From Tubiluchus corallicola (taxonomy: Eukaryota; Animalia; Priapulida): a DNA stretch of 64,000 nt. The position numbers were made by a program, and so were the translations under genes. The notes beneath the pieces are model-generated. The model ran no database searches, was not told the DNA's origin, and saw nothing but the letters and a program-made list of their open reading frames with translations. Below, piece after piece: positions 1 to 14,600 of this stretch; position 1 is the first letter of the stretch, and the number at the start of each line of letters is the position of its first letter. The stretch lies in assembly GCA_030141605.1 (NCBI GenBank), contig JAQGDQ010000100.1, positions 248,001 through 312,000 of the forward strand, in the 5' to 3' direction.

Positions 1-83
1 AAAAGTATTTACAAAAGTATTTACATTACTAACCTCTTCAAGCAGAATATTTATTATATTGTATCATATTCTTTCATGGTTAG

Positions 84-3000
84 TGTTCAAAGAACCACCA
101 TATCAGGTTGAAGAGTCTGGGTATGCAGGATTCCATATGCCGATTGATGTTTACTTTAAAAACAAGGAAGAACCAAAAAAGATTCGATTCGAGTACAATT
201 TATTTCTGAATCCAGAACAACAGCCGTCTGTGAATCACCTGAGATGTGAAAAGCTGACTTTCCAAAATCCCACTGAAGATTTCAGAAAAAAACTTCTGAA
301 AGCTAATGGGGTAAGCACTCAAGCCTTAGCTGTAATAATGGTTATTAGTACTTATTTGTACTGTTGTTCTCTTTATTATTCTTTAAAGTGATACTGAAAA
401 ACCTTATGCTAAATACTTTTTGTCGAAAGATCCCAGATACATGTTTTTTAAAAAGAAGTCAGGCACGTGATCTGATCTGATCTTCTTTCCTGATTCACCA
501 ACTTTTTTTAAAAATTTGGACCCAGCATCAGATCAAGCCAGTTGCTTCTGGATCTAAACTGTAGGTTTTAACCAAATTATAGTAAATTGTATACCTATTA
601 GTTTATGTGAAATTATTGATGTACTCTTATTAATCAGTTTTCTTCTATCTTCTTACCTTTTTAATTGCACTTATAAAAGCAAAATGAGAAAGATGCATAA
701 CTAATATAATTTTGATACTGGCTGTCAGATCAGATCTTCCAATGACACAACTCGTTCAAATTGCTGGAAGTGGAAGCAGAGCTTATGTCCTTTTGTACTT
801 GCTTGTGCCCTTTTTTGTTTCACTCAAATTTGCTGTTAAATAACATTAGCTAAGCTCGTGTTTTCTCTTTTATAAAGGACTGAAATATCATTAGTTTTGT
901 AGATTCAGATCTTTTTGAAATCCAAATCATAAATTTTTAATGTTCCCGTATTTGTCCATAGAACTGATTAAGAACATTTGCATCATATAAATAAAAAAAT
1001 TAAAATGATATGTTTTCTCATTTTATAGGTGGCAATCTCACTAAATCATTCGTCTCATACAAAAGAGTCAGCAGATCAATCGTCACCTGTTCCAAGCCAT
1101 AATCAGACGAAGCTAGTAAAACATCCAGGCAAGGTAGGCTGAAATTTTATTTATTTCAAGTTTTAAAAACATCGCTGTGATGCATAATGAACCTCATCTT
1201 CTTTCGTGATGATGAACTGCATGATTATCAGTCTGACAATATGCATCCCAGGCTTGCAAGTAAAGCAATGGAAAATGTCTTTTTTGAAACTCATTGTAAT
1301 TGATACTCTTACTGCTGCTGTGCCTTATGATACATGTTAGACAAGTATGAAATCTTTCATTGACCTGCTCATTGATTTACGCGCATTAAAATTTCAGTCC
1401 GTCGTGAATGTCTCGTCATATTTGATATCAGATAAGATTCACATATTTACTGAGAAAAATTGCATTCAAAAATATAGACTAGCATGCAGGTTTACTTTAC
1501 GACTGTGAAATTTACTCAAATTATACTATTAAAATTTTTTTAAATTATAAAACTGTAGCGTATGTTTTTCTACAGAATAGTGCTTTTATTCTTACTTGAG
1601 ATACTGTATATTTGCTTATAACTTTATTTTGATGCAGGAGCCTTACAAGGGAAACAGCTCCAACAGGACAACTCCTACACCACAAAAAGAAAATAAGTCA
1701 ACACCTGTAAAAGACTCAAAACACCAGGAAACTAGACCTTTGCAAAAGCGTATGTCGCCTTCAGGCTCTGACAGGTCACTGTCACCTGTTATGAAAAAGT
1801 CAAAGGTAGCTGAGGACAGCAAACATAGTGACAAAGGTATATAGCTTTTTAAGGTAAAAGTGGGGGTTTTCATTATTAATGACAAGGTACAACTTTAGTT
1901 GCTATTAATTACATTTTCGGTTTCTTTTTTGTAGGAATGTGCATTTATATTCTTAATCGGATGACTCATTTTTTTTAAAATATCAGTATTAAAATATTAT
2001 TGTGTTTGCGTGATATTTATGAAATTTGAAATCTCAGTTCATAAGTTAGTTAATAGCTTTTTGCTGTAGATACTAAAAATTTGGAAGTGGATCAAAACTT
2101 AAACCAACAGTTTTTCTTCAACAAATGAACTGTCATGAAGCTTTAGGTTTATTAATTCTGGGTTTTATGATTATGATTAATTTCTGAGCTGTAGTCAGCT
2201 ATGGTTAAATTAGGTTAATTAACTAATTAATTAGTTTCCCATTCTAGTGGATAGGTATAGGTGTCACTGATTTGCTATGCCATATAAACATGTGGCTCGG
2301 CCGTGTGGGTCTGCATTGTGATAGGCTGGACAGAGCATACTAGTTCTGTTTGCAAGATCTCTGGTTGGATCAGTTTTTCAGCATATTCTTTTTTAACTAA
2401 TATGTATTTGACTTAATTTTTGTTTAATACAGGCCTACAGCAATAGGTTAGTCCAAGTTACTTTCATATCCTTGTGAGGAAATCTTTTTTGGAATGTCTC
2501 ACTTTCACTTGTAGATAGATTTACATGCAAACTTTTTATGCATTGGTTGTGTAATTTTATTTAGGAAGTCCATAATTACATATTCTTGCTAATTCTTATT
2601 TTTTCGGTTACTCACTTGTGAATAACTCTATAAAGCTGCTTAATTCACTGTGTTGTTGTTCTCGGTCATGTTGTACCAAACTTCACCATTTAGTAAGGCA
2701 TTTGTGAGAGCCAACAATGCAAATGAAATTATGTAACTGTAAACACATATCGGTAATTTGTTAACAGCTGGCTTATTACCATCATTTCAGCCGAGTTTTA
2801 TATCGGCTTGATCATCCTGCTCTGGAGCATGGCCACTAGACATTTGTTTTTCAAAAAAATATTTTCATCAGAGGTATGACCGATTTTTTGGCGGTTAAAC
2901 ATTGTTTCAATAAGAAAGATACTTTGAGCAGATGACATCAATAATGGTACAGTACTGCGATTTATTTACACACACATGCTTTTGGTAGCTTAATCATGAA

Positions 3001-5820
3001 ATTCAAGGCTAAATAAGCAATGGTTAGAATGAGAGAGAGGGGGAGAGACACACACACACACACAGAGAGAGAGAGACAGAGAATGAAAGAAATAAACAAA
3101 AGTTGCACCTTGACCTAAATAAGTCTGCGAGTATAACTGACAATACATGGGAAAGACAAAAAAAATTACTGGGTTTTCATAGTTTTTTAAAGGGCTGTAA
3201 CTTAGCTTGTAGAGTAGCTAGAGAGCTAAAATTTGACGGAAGGATACTTTGTCGTGGTAGTACTTTCCAAGACAATGGTAAATGGTGTTTTAAATGACAC
3301 CTTGGCAATTTGGCAAGTAAATGACCAATACAGTGCTTTGCATTCCAGACTAGTTGCATCTAAATTTTACAATGTTATGAGTTTTGTATAAGTTTATAAA
3401 ATCATGTTGTTTATTGACTTTTATTGTAGTGTCATCAAAAGACAAGAGCAAACCGAAGAGTCATAAACATAGGAAAGAAAAAGACAAGGAAAAAAAAAGA
3501 GATCATAGCAAAGACCCGGAGAAGAAGCATAAGTCTGAAGGTAAAGACAAATTAAAAGTAAGTATTTGATGGTTTGCTGCTTTTTTTCAGTTGATCTTGT
3601 TTTAATTGTCAACTGTGCCTACATTTAGTTTATTCACACAATGCTAGGAAAAATATGCTATCAGCATTATTTGTTTATTCACACTGTAATGTCGAAATTT
3701 AGAGGATAAGGCTGTAGTGGCAACCTTTTGAAATTAGTTCCCACTTTACTGTGAGCTAGCCATGGCTAAAGGCTAGCCATGAGTTTCTTCCCTTTTAATC
3801 ACTGCTCTCTGTTAAAATAATGAGGACATTTTGTTAATTTCTATTTAAGCATACTGTTTTGACACAAAAACTCTTTCTTACCTAAGGTAATTGTTTCTTT
3901 AAAAATTATAGTTAGTACTAAAAAATTTATTTTTAGGAATTATTTTTATCTTTTTAATAAACCTATCATATTTAAATAGAAATTATTCTCATAACGTAAT
4001 ACTATTTTTGTTATATCAAAATTAAGCTTATGTAAGTGGTGCTCAAATTTTAAAGTTTACATCACATCAAAGGCAAGTAACTTTCACTCAGAAATCACTT
4101 AAATATATTTGTATTTAAATATACACTTTTGTAGTCAATTTTGTTTTAGAGTTTAAATCCTAGCATATTAATGCCATTGTTATAGTTCACCTCATTTTTA
4201 CAAAATCACAAATTTTTGAAGTGGCTTGAATTTTTTGTTAAACGGCTTGGGATTTTCATTGTTTAAAACACTGCTGTCATTTTCTTACTTCTTGGAATAG
4301 TAATAGTGTATATCTATATTCTACAGACATCCACAGAAATGGCATCTCATGTCAAGGATGCAGAACCACTAAAGAGAAAAGATTCTGAATCAAAATCTGG
4401 GGCATCGAAACCAAATCTTGCATCCACACCACGTAGTAAGTTTATGCAATAACTGAGTATTTTCTTCCAACATTATTTTAATTTTTAAAATCTAGCCTAC
4501 ATACATTGATACATTGATACCTTCTTTTTTTGATAGAAAGACACTATTCTATTTTTGGTCTCTTTAAACATTTACAATTATTTTTAGCAAATTTCCAGCT
4601 GGTGAACAATATAGTAAACTGAATTAAGCAATGTCGAGCCTGGTTAGTAAATGGATGGGTGATCATTGAGAAAACTGCTTCTGTGTAATTTTGCGTGTCA
4701 TACTACCTAAAGCTATTGAAATTGCTGACAGGTGAATATATGCAACCAAACATATGTTACACCCCTGGCAGCTGATTGACTCATCTTTGATGTCAAGATA
4801 GCTTCTGGTGCAGCAACACTCATGTATATTTAGTTGGTCTTGCTGTCTGTGTCTGACTTGCAAAGCACCAAACTGTATAAAAAAGTTTATAAAAAAGGTT
4901 TGCTATGATAATACTAGTACTTGATGACTAACTGAATTCTGTGTTTTGCCTTTTTTTATCTAGATAGTGGTAATAGTTCTCTGGGGACCTTACTGGCTGA
5001 GCTGGGTGATGAGCCCGAGTCTGACGAAGAACTGATAAGCCCACTCTCAGATGATCACTCTCCCATTAATCCTTTCAGCTCACATGTTGGCTCACAGAGT
5101 GCAACATCGTCTCCAAAGCCACAGATTCAAAAAGCTATCAGCAAAGCTGATAAGCAAGAAAAGTCGAAAACAAACATTGAGCCCTCACCTTCAAAACAAA
5201 AAGCACAAACAGTTACACCTAAAACCAGTGAAAATAAAGTGGCATCATTGAGCGAGACAAACGTTAAGTCAAAATTTGTTAAACTTGAAGGTGGTAGTTC
5301 CTCTCACAAGCTAGATGTGAAGAAGGAGAAAGTGGAACCTCACAGGGAACATGCTAAAAAGTCCTCAGAAAGCAAGAAAATCAATAAACACAGGGAAGAA
5401 ACGAAGAAACCTGTGCAAGTAAAATCTGAAATGAATGATAACAAAGAAACTAAAGGAAACACCAGTGAAAATCCACTGAAGTCTGTGAACGGTGATGCAT
5501 CTAGACAAATGCAGCATAGCACGGCTTTCAATAACTTATCAAACACTTCTTTTGCTGGGCTTAACGATCTGAAGGCTGGTGATGGTTTTGATCTTGCTGA
5601 GTTACTAGACTTGCAGAGGAAACTCATGATGCTAAGAGATCGTGAATGCTTACAAAGGATAGTGGATGTGGTAGAAGAAACTGGACTTTTTGATATCACC
5701 TCTACTACATTTGATTTTGATCTATGCTCTTTGGATAAAGCTACATTGACTAAATTACAGAAATGTATTTGTGATGTTCCGAATAGTAAGCATGAAGCAC
5801 AGCCAGCTAAGGTGTTATAG
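84..5820 (+). CDS. MLLT1/MLLT3: ENL/AF9 family YEATS-domain transcription elongation factor (5'-partial; 6 exons in window)
   Basis: Exons with GT-AG sites and consistent phase: 84-310, 1029-1133, 1638-1836, 3430-3557, 4327-4435, 4964-5820 (TAG). The first exon encodes the YEATS C-terminal half ([16 protein letters not shown]...[27 protein letters not shown]). The last exon encodes the AHD domain ([46 protein letters not shown]). A K/S-rich low-complexity linker lies between them. The start of the gene is upstream of the window. Confidence 0.95.
4621..4664 (+). mobile_element. 5S rRNA-derived SINE head fragment (SINE3-like)
   Basis: GAATTAAGCAATGTCGAGCCTGGTTAGTAAATGGATGGGTGATC resembles the 5S rRNA internal control region (AAGCTAAGCAGGGTCGGGCCTGGTTAGTACTTGGATGGGAGACC). 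The 5S termini are absent. A related copy lies at 40700-40742. Confidence 0.65.
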
Positions 5821-8469
5821 TTGGCAGTGCATGCTATTTTGGTCATAAAATGTACAATATTGCATAAGCTTAGATTAACTATTTCTAATTATATTGCAGT
5901 TTCTTCTGTAGGTAGCAGACAGATTTCGCCCTAAACACAACATTCACTGCTTGTGTTTTATCATTAACCTGTAGTTAACTATTTCTAATTATTTCACCTA
6001 AAGTAGAGTGAAACAAATACTCAGTTTACGGCAGCTAAAAAACAATAGCCACAAGTGATATTAAGATTGTTTTTCATAATTAGGTTATTCGATTTTGTGC
6101 AGGTTTTTTGTCATTGTAAATAGGTAAGGGTGAGTTGGTGATGTTTTTGCTTCATATGAGTGTTGTTTTTGTTTGTAGTTTAATTGTTTTTCAGCATGCA
6201 TTATTGATTATTTAGATACCATGTCATAAAACGTCATCAGCTTTCATCTGTTGATATATTCAAAGTTTATTTGTTGAATATGAATCTTGTGAATAATGCA
6301 CCATCTGCAGGTATCAAACACATTTTAACGATGCTGCCTTAACTTATACGTGATGTTGTTATAGTGAATCCTTGGTCAAATATTTACTGCTTTTATATGA
6401 TTATCTGATATCTTGCTTCATGTAAGCGTTGCATTGTGCAGTGCAGAAAAATGTAACAGCTTATGTTATACAATTACAGCACAGTTACTTAAAGTCTACG
6501 TACAAGAAGGTGTACAATGTAGTGTAAATCCGATGTGGTGTAATCGTCTTCATACCTTAGCTTATACTTACGCTGAAAGCATTTTCACTGGTAACTTTGG
6601 TGAGTGTACGTCCCTTGCAAGTGGCACTGATATGGTTTTCCCCTAATCAGTATAGTCAGCACGTGTCAGGGTAGCAGTTTTGGTCCAAAGACAGTAACTG
6701 AATTCTAAATTTCATTGACCTTTGTTTACAAATTTATCCTGGGAGGATTCCTTATAGCTTTCAATCAAGTGCCGTATCAGTTGTGACTAACCACTTTTGT
6801 GAGGTGGACTCAACTTATACACACATTTCTGTTATTTGATTATATGGTACTGACTACTGACAGTACCAAAAGTCCACGTTGTTGTTGCATTTACATTTTC
6901 CATGGTATGGTAGTAGCATATGCACCTTCCACAAAACATGTAATTGCATGGATTCTATCCATGAAAAACCCAAAGTGAAGAGAATAAGTCCTAGATCATG
7001 CATTTTTGCTTGTGCTGTAAACAGGACTATGCAATTGTTTTGGAGTAAGTGCTTGATTCCAAGTAAAATTGTTTATAGAAGTGACTTGGTTTGCCAAGTA
7101 TTCTAGATGCAGCACAGTTTTTTAAATTAAATGATTTCTTGTCGGAGTTTCAATTTTATGTTGTTAATACTGATGAAGGAGGCATGGTGGCTGGGTGGTT
7201 ATACTGCACTCCAGATGCATCTTCTTCAATAGTATCAATATTGCTATCATATGCATCAGTAGTCTAATATGTTCATTTCATTTATATTAATGAGTAATTT
7301 TTAATGGTTTTCACTGATGAAATGTGTATTATGTGGATCTTGTGCAAGTCAATAACTAGGATCATTTCAAGCCTATTTTGACTTTCAGATGTGCAACGTG
7401 TAGATGGCCTAAAATATTTTAAATCTACTGTGAAACAGAGACTCTGTTTTAATGCTGTACTGTTGTTATTGCACAGCTATTATCACATAGTACTAAATAT
7501 AGGGCCTAGTATGTCTGGTTAAGTTAATTATTATTATGTGTGTGTGTGTGTCTCGAACTGCTCTAAGAGCTTGTGATAATAAACAGTAAAAACTTAATTT
7601 ATAGTGGTAGTTGTAAGTATAGATTTTGGGAACCCTTGAAATAACCCTCATCTAATAATGTATACCCAGCTTGTGAAGTGTGTTTTGAGTTGCAAAAAGT
7701 TTTGATTTATTATAACTTTAATGACCAGGTTTTTGATGTTGTGATAATAAAAAAGTATTTTATGTGCAAGGACGCTGTAAAGTAGTATGATTTTTGTAAA
7801 ATTTGTTACTTTCCCATAATGAGTTCGAATTATATGATTTTTGATGCAGCCGACTCCAATGCCAGTATGGTAAGAATGTACTGTTAAAATGTGTACTCTA
7901 AAAGTGAATACATGTCCGCCAATTTAGAGCTGCTATAATTAATTTGCTATCAAAGCAGAAGTTTTTTGTAATTGAAGTTATAAAAGTTGTAGTTAGCAAG
8001 GAAACATTTTTTTGTAAAGGATTACACATGAGAAGCCTAAAGAAAGAAATGGATTTGTATGTAGTAATTCTGGATCCGGAAATTTCTAAGGAAATGTGCA
8101 GCAGTGCCAAGCATACATACAAAGACTCTCAGTAAACTTACGGAGTATGTTCTTAAAAGTAGTGATAAAAATGGATAAATATAGCCTTACGTTTCAGTCA
8201 TCCGTTTTACCTAAAGCGAGATAAATTAGACGTGACTGTGCATTAGAAAAGTATACATTAGAGTGTAAGTGTAGTTAAAACTTAGCACATACTTTGTAAA
8301 ACAGTGGGATAAAAATATCTTTCTTAATAATTAAAATATTCAAATAAAAAAATAGCCTACCTATAATTATAAAGTTACCAAAGAATATCAATATTTTTTC
8401 TTTTTTGTAATAATATTAACTTGTTAAAGAATTTCTTGTGAAGCGCAAACTCGGGGAGTCTGCTCGTTT

Positions 8470-8510
8470 CTCATTTGATTGGTAGTTGATTGGTGACGTC
8501 AGAGTACACA
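8470..8510 (+). promoter_or_regulatory. Putative ceramidase promoter: two reverse CCAAT boxes and a perfect CRE
   Basis: ATTGG at 8478-8482 and 8489-8493, and TGACGTCA at 8494-8501. These are followed by a CpG-enriched stretch ending in a splice donor CAAG|GTAACT at 8674/8675, the likely non-coding exon 1. The matching acceptor is TTTTTTCAG at 11532. Confidence 0.6.
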
Positions 8511-9446
8511 AACACATGACCGAAAAATGAACTTCGATTGTTTCCCTTCAGCTGATTGCGAGTTTGGCATGGATGCTGTTGCGACACATTTTTGAGTAGA
8601 AAACTAGTAAGCCATTAAGTCCGTGACAGTGTGGATATACTCGATTCATTACACACAAAGTCGATGCAGTCAAGGTAACTAAGCGAAGTTTAACGATTTC
8701 TTGTTACTAACTGGCTGTTGAGGTTTCATAATTATTGTGTCTTTTAATTCATATCTGTAAGTACTACATTAAAGGACTAGGAGTAACTGTAAACTCAGGT
8801 TTTAGTGCACGAATGATGAAAGCGAGCCACAGTGTCACGTTTGTTGCAACCTCGCTTACTATTATGTAGCGCATAATGATGATTATGAATGCTGAATTTA
8901 TGAAGGAAAAAATACAGACTGATAGTAATTCATTGAACAATTTCGACAGTATTTGTAATAATCACACTCGAGTATGTTACATGCAAACAACTTACTCGAT
9001 AGAATGCCTAGGCATTTTATGGAAGGCCAAAACAAACAGCTAAGAGTCAAAAATAATTTCTTCTGCACTTTTTCTAGGTCTTCTACGTAATGCAAAAATA
9101 TTAGCAAAATGTGTAATTATTTTGTTTCGCATTATTTTACTTGGGCATTTTATAGAATACTGAATAAATTTTAGGTAATGTGACGGTAAGAAAATTGGTG
9201 AATAATTGTTCTGATGAAGTTTTTCCAAGCATCAATATAATGCCAATTTTATTATACAGAATGTGCGTAATAAGTCGAATTTTTTTGCATTTGCCAATTT
9301 GTGTGTTAAAATACGTAATTAGCATTCAAGTAAATGTTCAGGTTGCATGATTGTTTTATTCACAGCTGCTGCCTGCTGTAGAAATGTTGTATTTTTGGAT
9401 TCGGTACAAAGCGTCGGATTCTTAAAGCTTATGTTGTTGTTGGTAT

Positions 9447-10228
9447 TGTAGGGTGCGGAGTATGCCACTAGCCGAAGTAGGACACTTCCGCTAAACGCAT
9501 GTGCTAAATTTGCAGAAAAGCAGTGTCGCACGTGGACAGGCCCAAGTAGGGCACTGGCGATTTCTGTCGATAATTATGACGTAATAAAACATGAAACTAA
9601 ATTTGTTTTAGAAAAAAAGTAACTTTATAATAATGATGGATAGTCCTTGACAGTTTACAAATGTATTTTTTACAATAATATCATCATTATTATTAGCTCC
9701 ATTAATGTCATCATAACACAGAACTAAGTATCTAATGCTTTAAGGAGAAAAACTATGCACACAGTTATTACAGACATAATTGCAAGTTTAAAAGTGAAAC
9801 TTTTATTTAGTAGAAAACAATTATTTGTTCAAGTGGTAGTGAAACAGATCACCTGTCTATAAAGAGAGACAAAATAAAAAATGATATACCTTAAGCAAAT
9901 GTTGGAATCGCCTAAAAAGCGGGTTTATTTCACTTCAAAAAGATTAATATCGAAGCCAAATTTAATATTGGCCGTTCTACTAGCTCAAAATGTGATTCTT
10001 TTAGTTTATCAGATGTATTAATATTCAACATGTATTGACGTTTTCAACTACAATTCTTAATTAAACAAGGACAATGGATGCTGCCAGTATGGTTAATAAC
10101 TCAGTTCATGACCAGTCTCTAGTGTCCTACTTGGGCAGCCCATGTACGACGCCTCTTTCTTCCTACTTGGGCTAGCCCACGTCTGCCAATTGTTCAACTT
10201 CAGGTAGTGACCTACTCCGCTCCCAACA
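9447..10228. mobile_element. Degenerate non-autonomous DNA transposon (MITE-like)
   Basis: Left end TGTAGGGTGCGGAGTATGCCACTA matches the reverse complement of the right end (TGTTGGGAGCGGAGTAGGTCACTA). The subterminal motif CCCAAGTAGG(A/G)CACT recurs near both ends in opposite orientation. Confidence 0.55.
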
Positions 10229-11616
10229 GGTGTAATTGTCACATTTATCTTTGAAAACTTTCATAGGCCATGGTTTTCATTGTAGGAAACTGAAAGTTTG
10301 CATGAAGATACTATGGATCGTAGCCCAAACCGTAGTAGAGACTGCTTTTCACTTTCCCAATACAGCCATCAAATAATTGCACCTGTTACGTGTATCTGCC
10401 CAATATATTGTTACATTGTTGGGGTTTCTTTCATTCTAATGCATGAAGGGGGATCTGCTCAACAATGTGTATTCTAAAGTTTTACAAAAAAGAGACTTCC
10501 CATTATTTTCTTAAAAAATCAGTGAAAAAAAGACATGCCAGACTCAAGGACATTCGTATTTCCATCCTAGTTGTGTTTCATACAGGAGTGATGCAGAAAC
10601 ACCTTTAGAACTACTCCATGCTTAAAGTAAAAGAATGATTTTACACTGAATTAGAAAAGGACAGGTACATAAAGCAATGAACAATGTTTTCTAAGTGTCA
10701 AAAAATACCAGCAATTTATTTAGTCATGTAAATGACCTTAACATCAAGAAGTGTCTCATTATTATCTGTGTTGCATCATTGCATGATGTTATTGTTGTTT
10801 CAACAGCACCTGTACAAGAAGGAAATGCTGCTATATAGTGAACTGCTTTCAAAACATACTTTGTGATACACATAATACGGACTGTGGAACCCTAATTACT
10901 GTATCCTAAATCGGCTACTATATTATATTTACTTATTGCCACTCAGTTATATTTTTATTTTCCTTAAAAGCTTTTTTAGAATACCAATTAAACAATTGAC
11001 TCACATGTTTACCTGAACGCGTTGCTTAATTTAAAAAAATCGACAGAAGCTGTTTTATTGCATTCTGTACAATGCCTGGGTATTTTGTACTAAAAATCTA
11101 GGAAAGGTTTGATTTAACATGAATTATAATCATTTTAACTTTGCTAAAGCCACGTTACGCATTAGATGCAGATCCTAGCTGTTATACAAAAGCTCTAGGT
11201 AAACTGGGAAAATACTGCAGTAAAAACATTTATTTCACACTTTTCCGAAATGCACAGGTGTTTTTTGAAGTTCCTAGAAATTTTATAAAATGTCTAAATT
11301 TTACACGTTACCTGTAACATCTTTCTTTGTAAAAAATATAACTTATAGCAAAATCCAGATGTTACATGCTGCACATTGACATTATTGTACAGGTACTTGA
11401 AAACTGTTTGTCTAATATACTGTTAGTAATATGTATCTGGATTATGTCAATTATATTTTTACATAGGTTTATAAATTGCCTTAAATTTAATGTGATTACA
11501 AGACATTATGTCACTACATGTATTTTTTTCAGGTGTCTGTCGTAGAAAACCCAGTTGAAATTCATGCTGGTCAAAAACTTATTTAATGTTAATTTAAAAA
11601 AGCTAAAAGGAAAAAG

Positions 11617-14600
11617 ATGTTCCAGCATTTAGCTCGGGGAAGCTCGGATATTGACTGGTGTGAAGCCAACTACGATATCACGCCAGGAATTGCTGAATTT
11701 TATAATACAGTATGTTGTATATACTACATTTGTAAAATGTTGAATTTTTATAAACAATTATTAATTTTGCACTTTTGTCAAAGATTTGCACATTTTTAAA
11801 CTTTATGCTTTATGGGTTCACGAGTTGTAGTCATGAATTTTTACCTTGAGCGTAGGGTATCATCCGTGTCACGCATGAAGACTTGCAAAGTTCTGGCCTA
11901 TAAAATTCTCTCTAGCTGCATTCAGCTTGAAGAATTTTAACTATATTAATGTCATGCTGTGAGCCAATTTTTCCCTGCTGTGAATCACTAAATTTGACTT
12001 AATTATTAGTGTTCTAAGCATTTGGCTTAATCTCATTGACTCTTTGTAATGCTTGTACACCTATATATACTTGTTCAATGTAACTTTGTCTAGATGGTCG
12101 CCGTATTATATATCACAACATACTGTATTAACCACTTAATCAGTAATTAAATGGTTCAAATGATTTTGTATTGTTTGTTTCAGATTAGCAATGTGTTATT
12201 CTTTATCATACCTCCATTTCTAATATACTTGTTTCAACAGTATGCGTGCCAAGTTACCAAAGGTATGCAACTAATTCTGTATAACAATGTACAACAAATT
12301 TTAAGCTGTCTTTTTTATAACCCGTTAACTTCATTCTTTATGAAATGAATACAATTAAGGAAAACTCTCTAAATTAAAAAAATAATGTTTCAAACTACAG
12401 CTGTACATTATTTTCAGAAAGAAAGGAAAAAGATCACATAAGTAATAATATTTTTTAGATGTTTTTTTATATTATTGACACATAAAGATATACTAAAAAC
12501 GGATACAATCTCACTGGAAAAAACACAGAAGACTAGTAAATAAAAATAGCTATAGAGGAAAAACACAGCAATGTAAAATCACTGGCCTGCACAGAGAACT
12601 TGTAGTGGTGAGTCGCAGTATAATCTTATGAGATATGTCAGCATAAGCTCTGAGTCCTTGTTAATATCTCGTAAGTTTTTGCTGTATCTCACTTAAGTCT
12701 GTGGTTCACACCTTGTATATCTGTATTTGATGCATCTAATAAATATTAAGTAGTAATGTATTTTATAGTTTCCTAATGTCAAGTTAAAATGCCTCTAAAG
12801 GCATTTTTGTATACTGTTGCAAAGCATTTTAGATCCTCTTTTCAGTGGTGAATTAAAAAACACCGCAAGGTGGAATGGGGAGTATTGTCTCTTACTAGAG
12901 TTACATGGCATTTAGGTAGAGCTGGAAGTCAATACATGGGTCTTTCTGCAACAGAAATTGCAGTTTTTCAATATTCGTGGTAGTACACTGAACAGTTTTA
13001 TTTTAACATATTGAATGAAATCATGCAATTACGCCATCACTCGCATATCTTGGTGTGTTCAGGAGCGCAGTTGCTTGACTGCTGCTACAACCTCTCATGT
13101 CTTGTTCATTAAAATTTAATCATAACAAATGGTTCAATTTTGTAAGTGCATGTTGAGTCCATATGAGCCAGTAGTCATTTGTGCACCTCCACTGAAACCG
13201 CTGATGAACCTTATTAATTATTTCTTAATCATATAATCCAATCTGCTGTAGAGCAACTGTGACTCTAGAAGGTGTTTTGTGTTGATGAACATAGAAATTA
13301 CAAAATAAACTATAGCAAAGAATCTTGCTTCAGTGAATGTTTATTTTCAGAATTTAGTGTTTACGAAATGAACAGCTAAGCAGAACCTCAAAAAATTTCG
13401 GGATGGTCAGTGTGCCAAGGACACACATACATTATACATGTATCTGCTAATTAGTGGCTGATAAATTTTTGAACAGTATTGAGCGTACTTTGTAATAAAT
13501 AATTAAGATTGTATCTTCTGTTTTGGCTGTTTGCACATGATTTACTTCTAGTCATAACCATTTATGTCTGACCATAAAAATATATATTAATAATAAATAC
13601 AAATTAATATTAATGAATGTTTCACAGAATAAATTTACAACATTACAACAAATATACTATATCTTACATTGTGTAATTATGCCTGTTGTGTTTACTATGT
13701 ATATTACAGACTATACAACTAAAGCCGTTCTTAGGATCTACTAATTAATTTTCTTTCCTATATTTTCTAACATTCTTCAAAGGGCAGCTGTTGTTTTTCT
13801 TTGTACCTCTTTGTTTTTTCAGTGTAAATTCACAACAATCAAACAACATTTAATTTCCTTCTTTTAAGCATTCAATCATTTTGTTGTATTGTTAATTATA
13901 ATTTGGCATTTGCCGCATTTATTAACATTTAGAAGTCTATCTAGTTCAACTGATGTTTGACTAAGTGCGAAACATTTCTAGGACCAGAATTTTGGCCCCG
14001 ACCAGTTTTTTATTTGTTGTTGCAGTTGAACTGTGTGGATTGCAGTGTGTATGCAATCGCACACTAACTGTATGTGATAAATTTAATCTCATGGTGTCTA
14101 CTCCATATCTCAGTCATTTTGAGTTTCCTCCGCAGAACATGTTTGATCCAATTCCATCTCCTCCTAAGTTCTTCACTCACTGCATTCATTTGTGCCCTGT
14201 TTGTCATCTCCGCTCTTGCTTTCTAGCCCTGAGTATCCTTCTTAGCCACTTGAATTGGAATGCATAAAATTTGCACTCATCTGTCTTTGCCATCTTCCAC
14301 ACCTCTCTTCCATACATTAACACCATCTGACCAGCAATTTGAAATCTTTTATTTTGGTCCTCGCCCCAATGCACCTTGCTCTGTAGGTCTTGCTAAGTCT
14401 CTGTACACTGCCTTTGCCTTGCTCAGCCTTATTGTGTCCTATATTCCTCTGCTTATGTTTGACATCTCCAGTCCCAGACATACCATCTCTTCTACGTCCT
14501 CCGCGTCTTCCTCTCCCACTTCACTTTTTGGTGTTACATTTTGTGCTCAACTTCATTGTTTTACATTTACTGCCATTAAGTTTAAGTCCTACTCACTCTG

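Noticed and set aside
1175-1240. Possible intronic C/D box snoRNA (TGATGA...CTGA)
   Set aside because: The best C box is only ~20 nt from the D box, the terminal stem is weak, and no rRNA guide was recognised.
4621-4664. 5S rRNA gene
   Set aside because: Only ~45 nt of internal similarity and no 5S termini. Treated as a SINE head instead.
5340-5846. 168-aa antisense ORF
   Set aside because: Shadow of the ENL/AF9 last exon, with no independent motifs.
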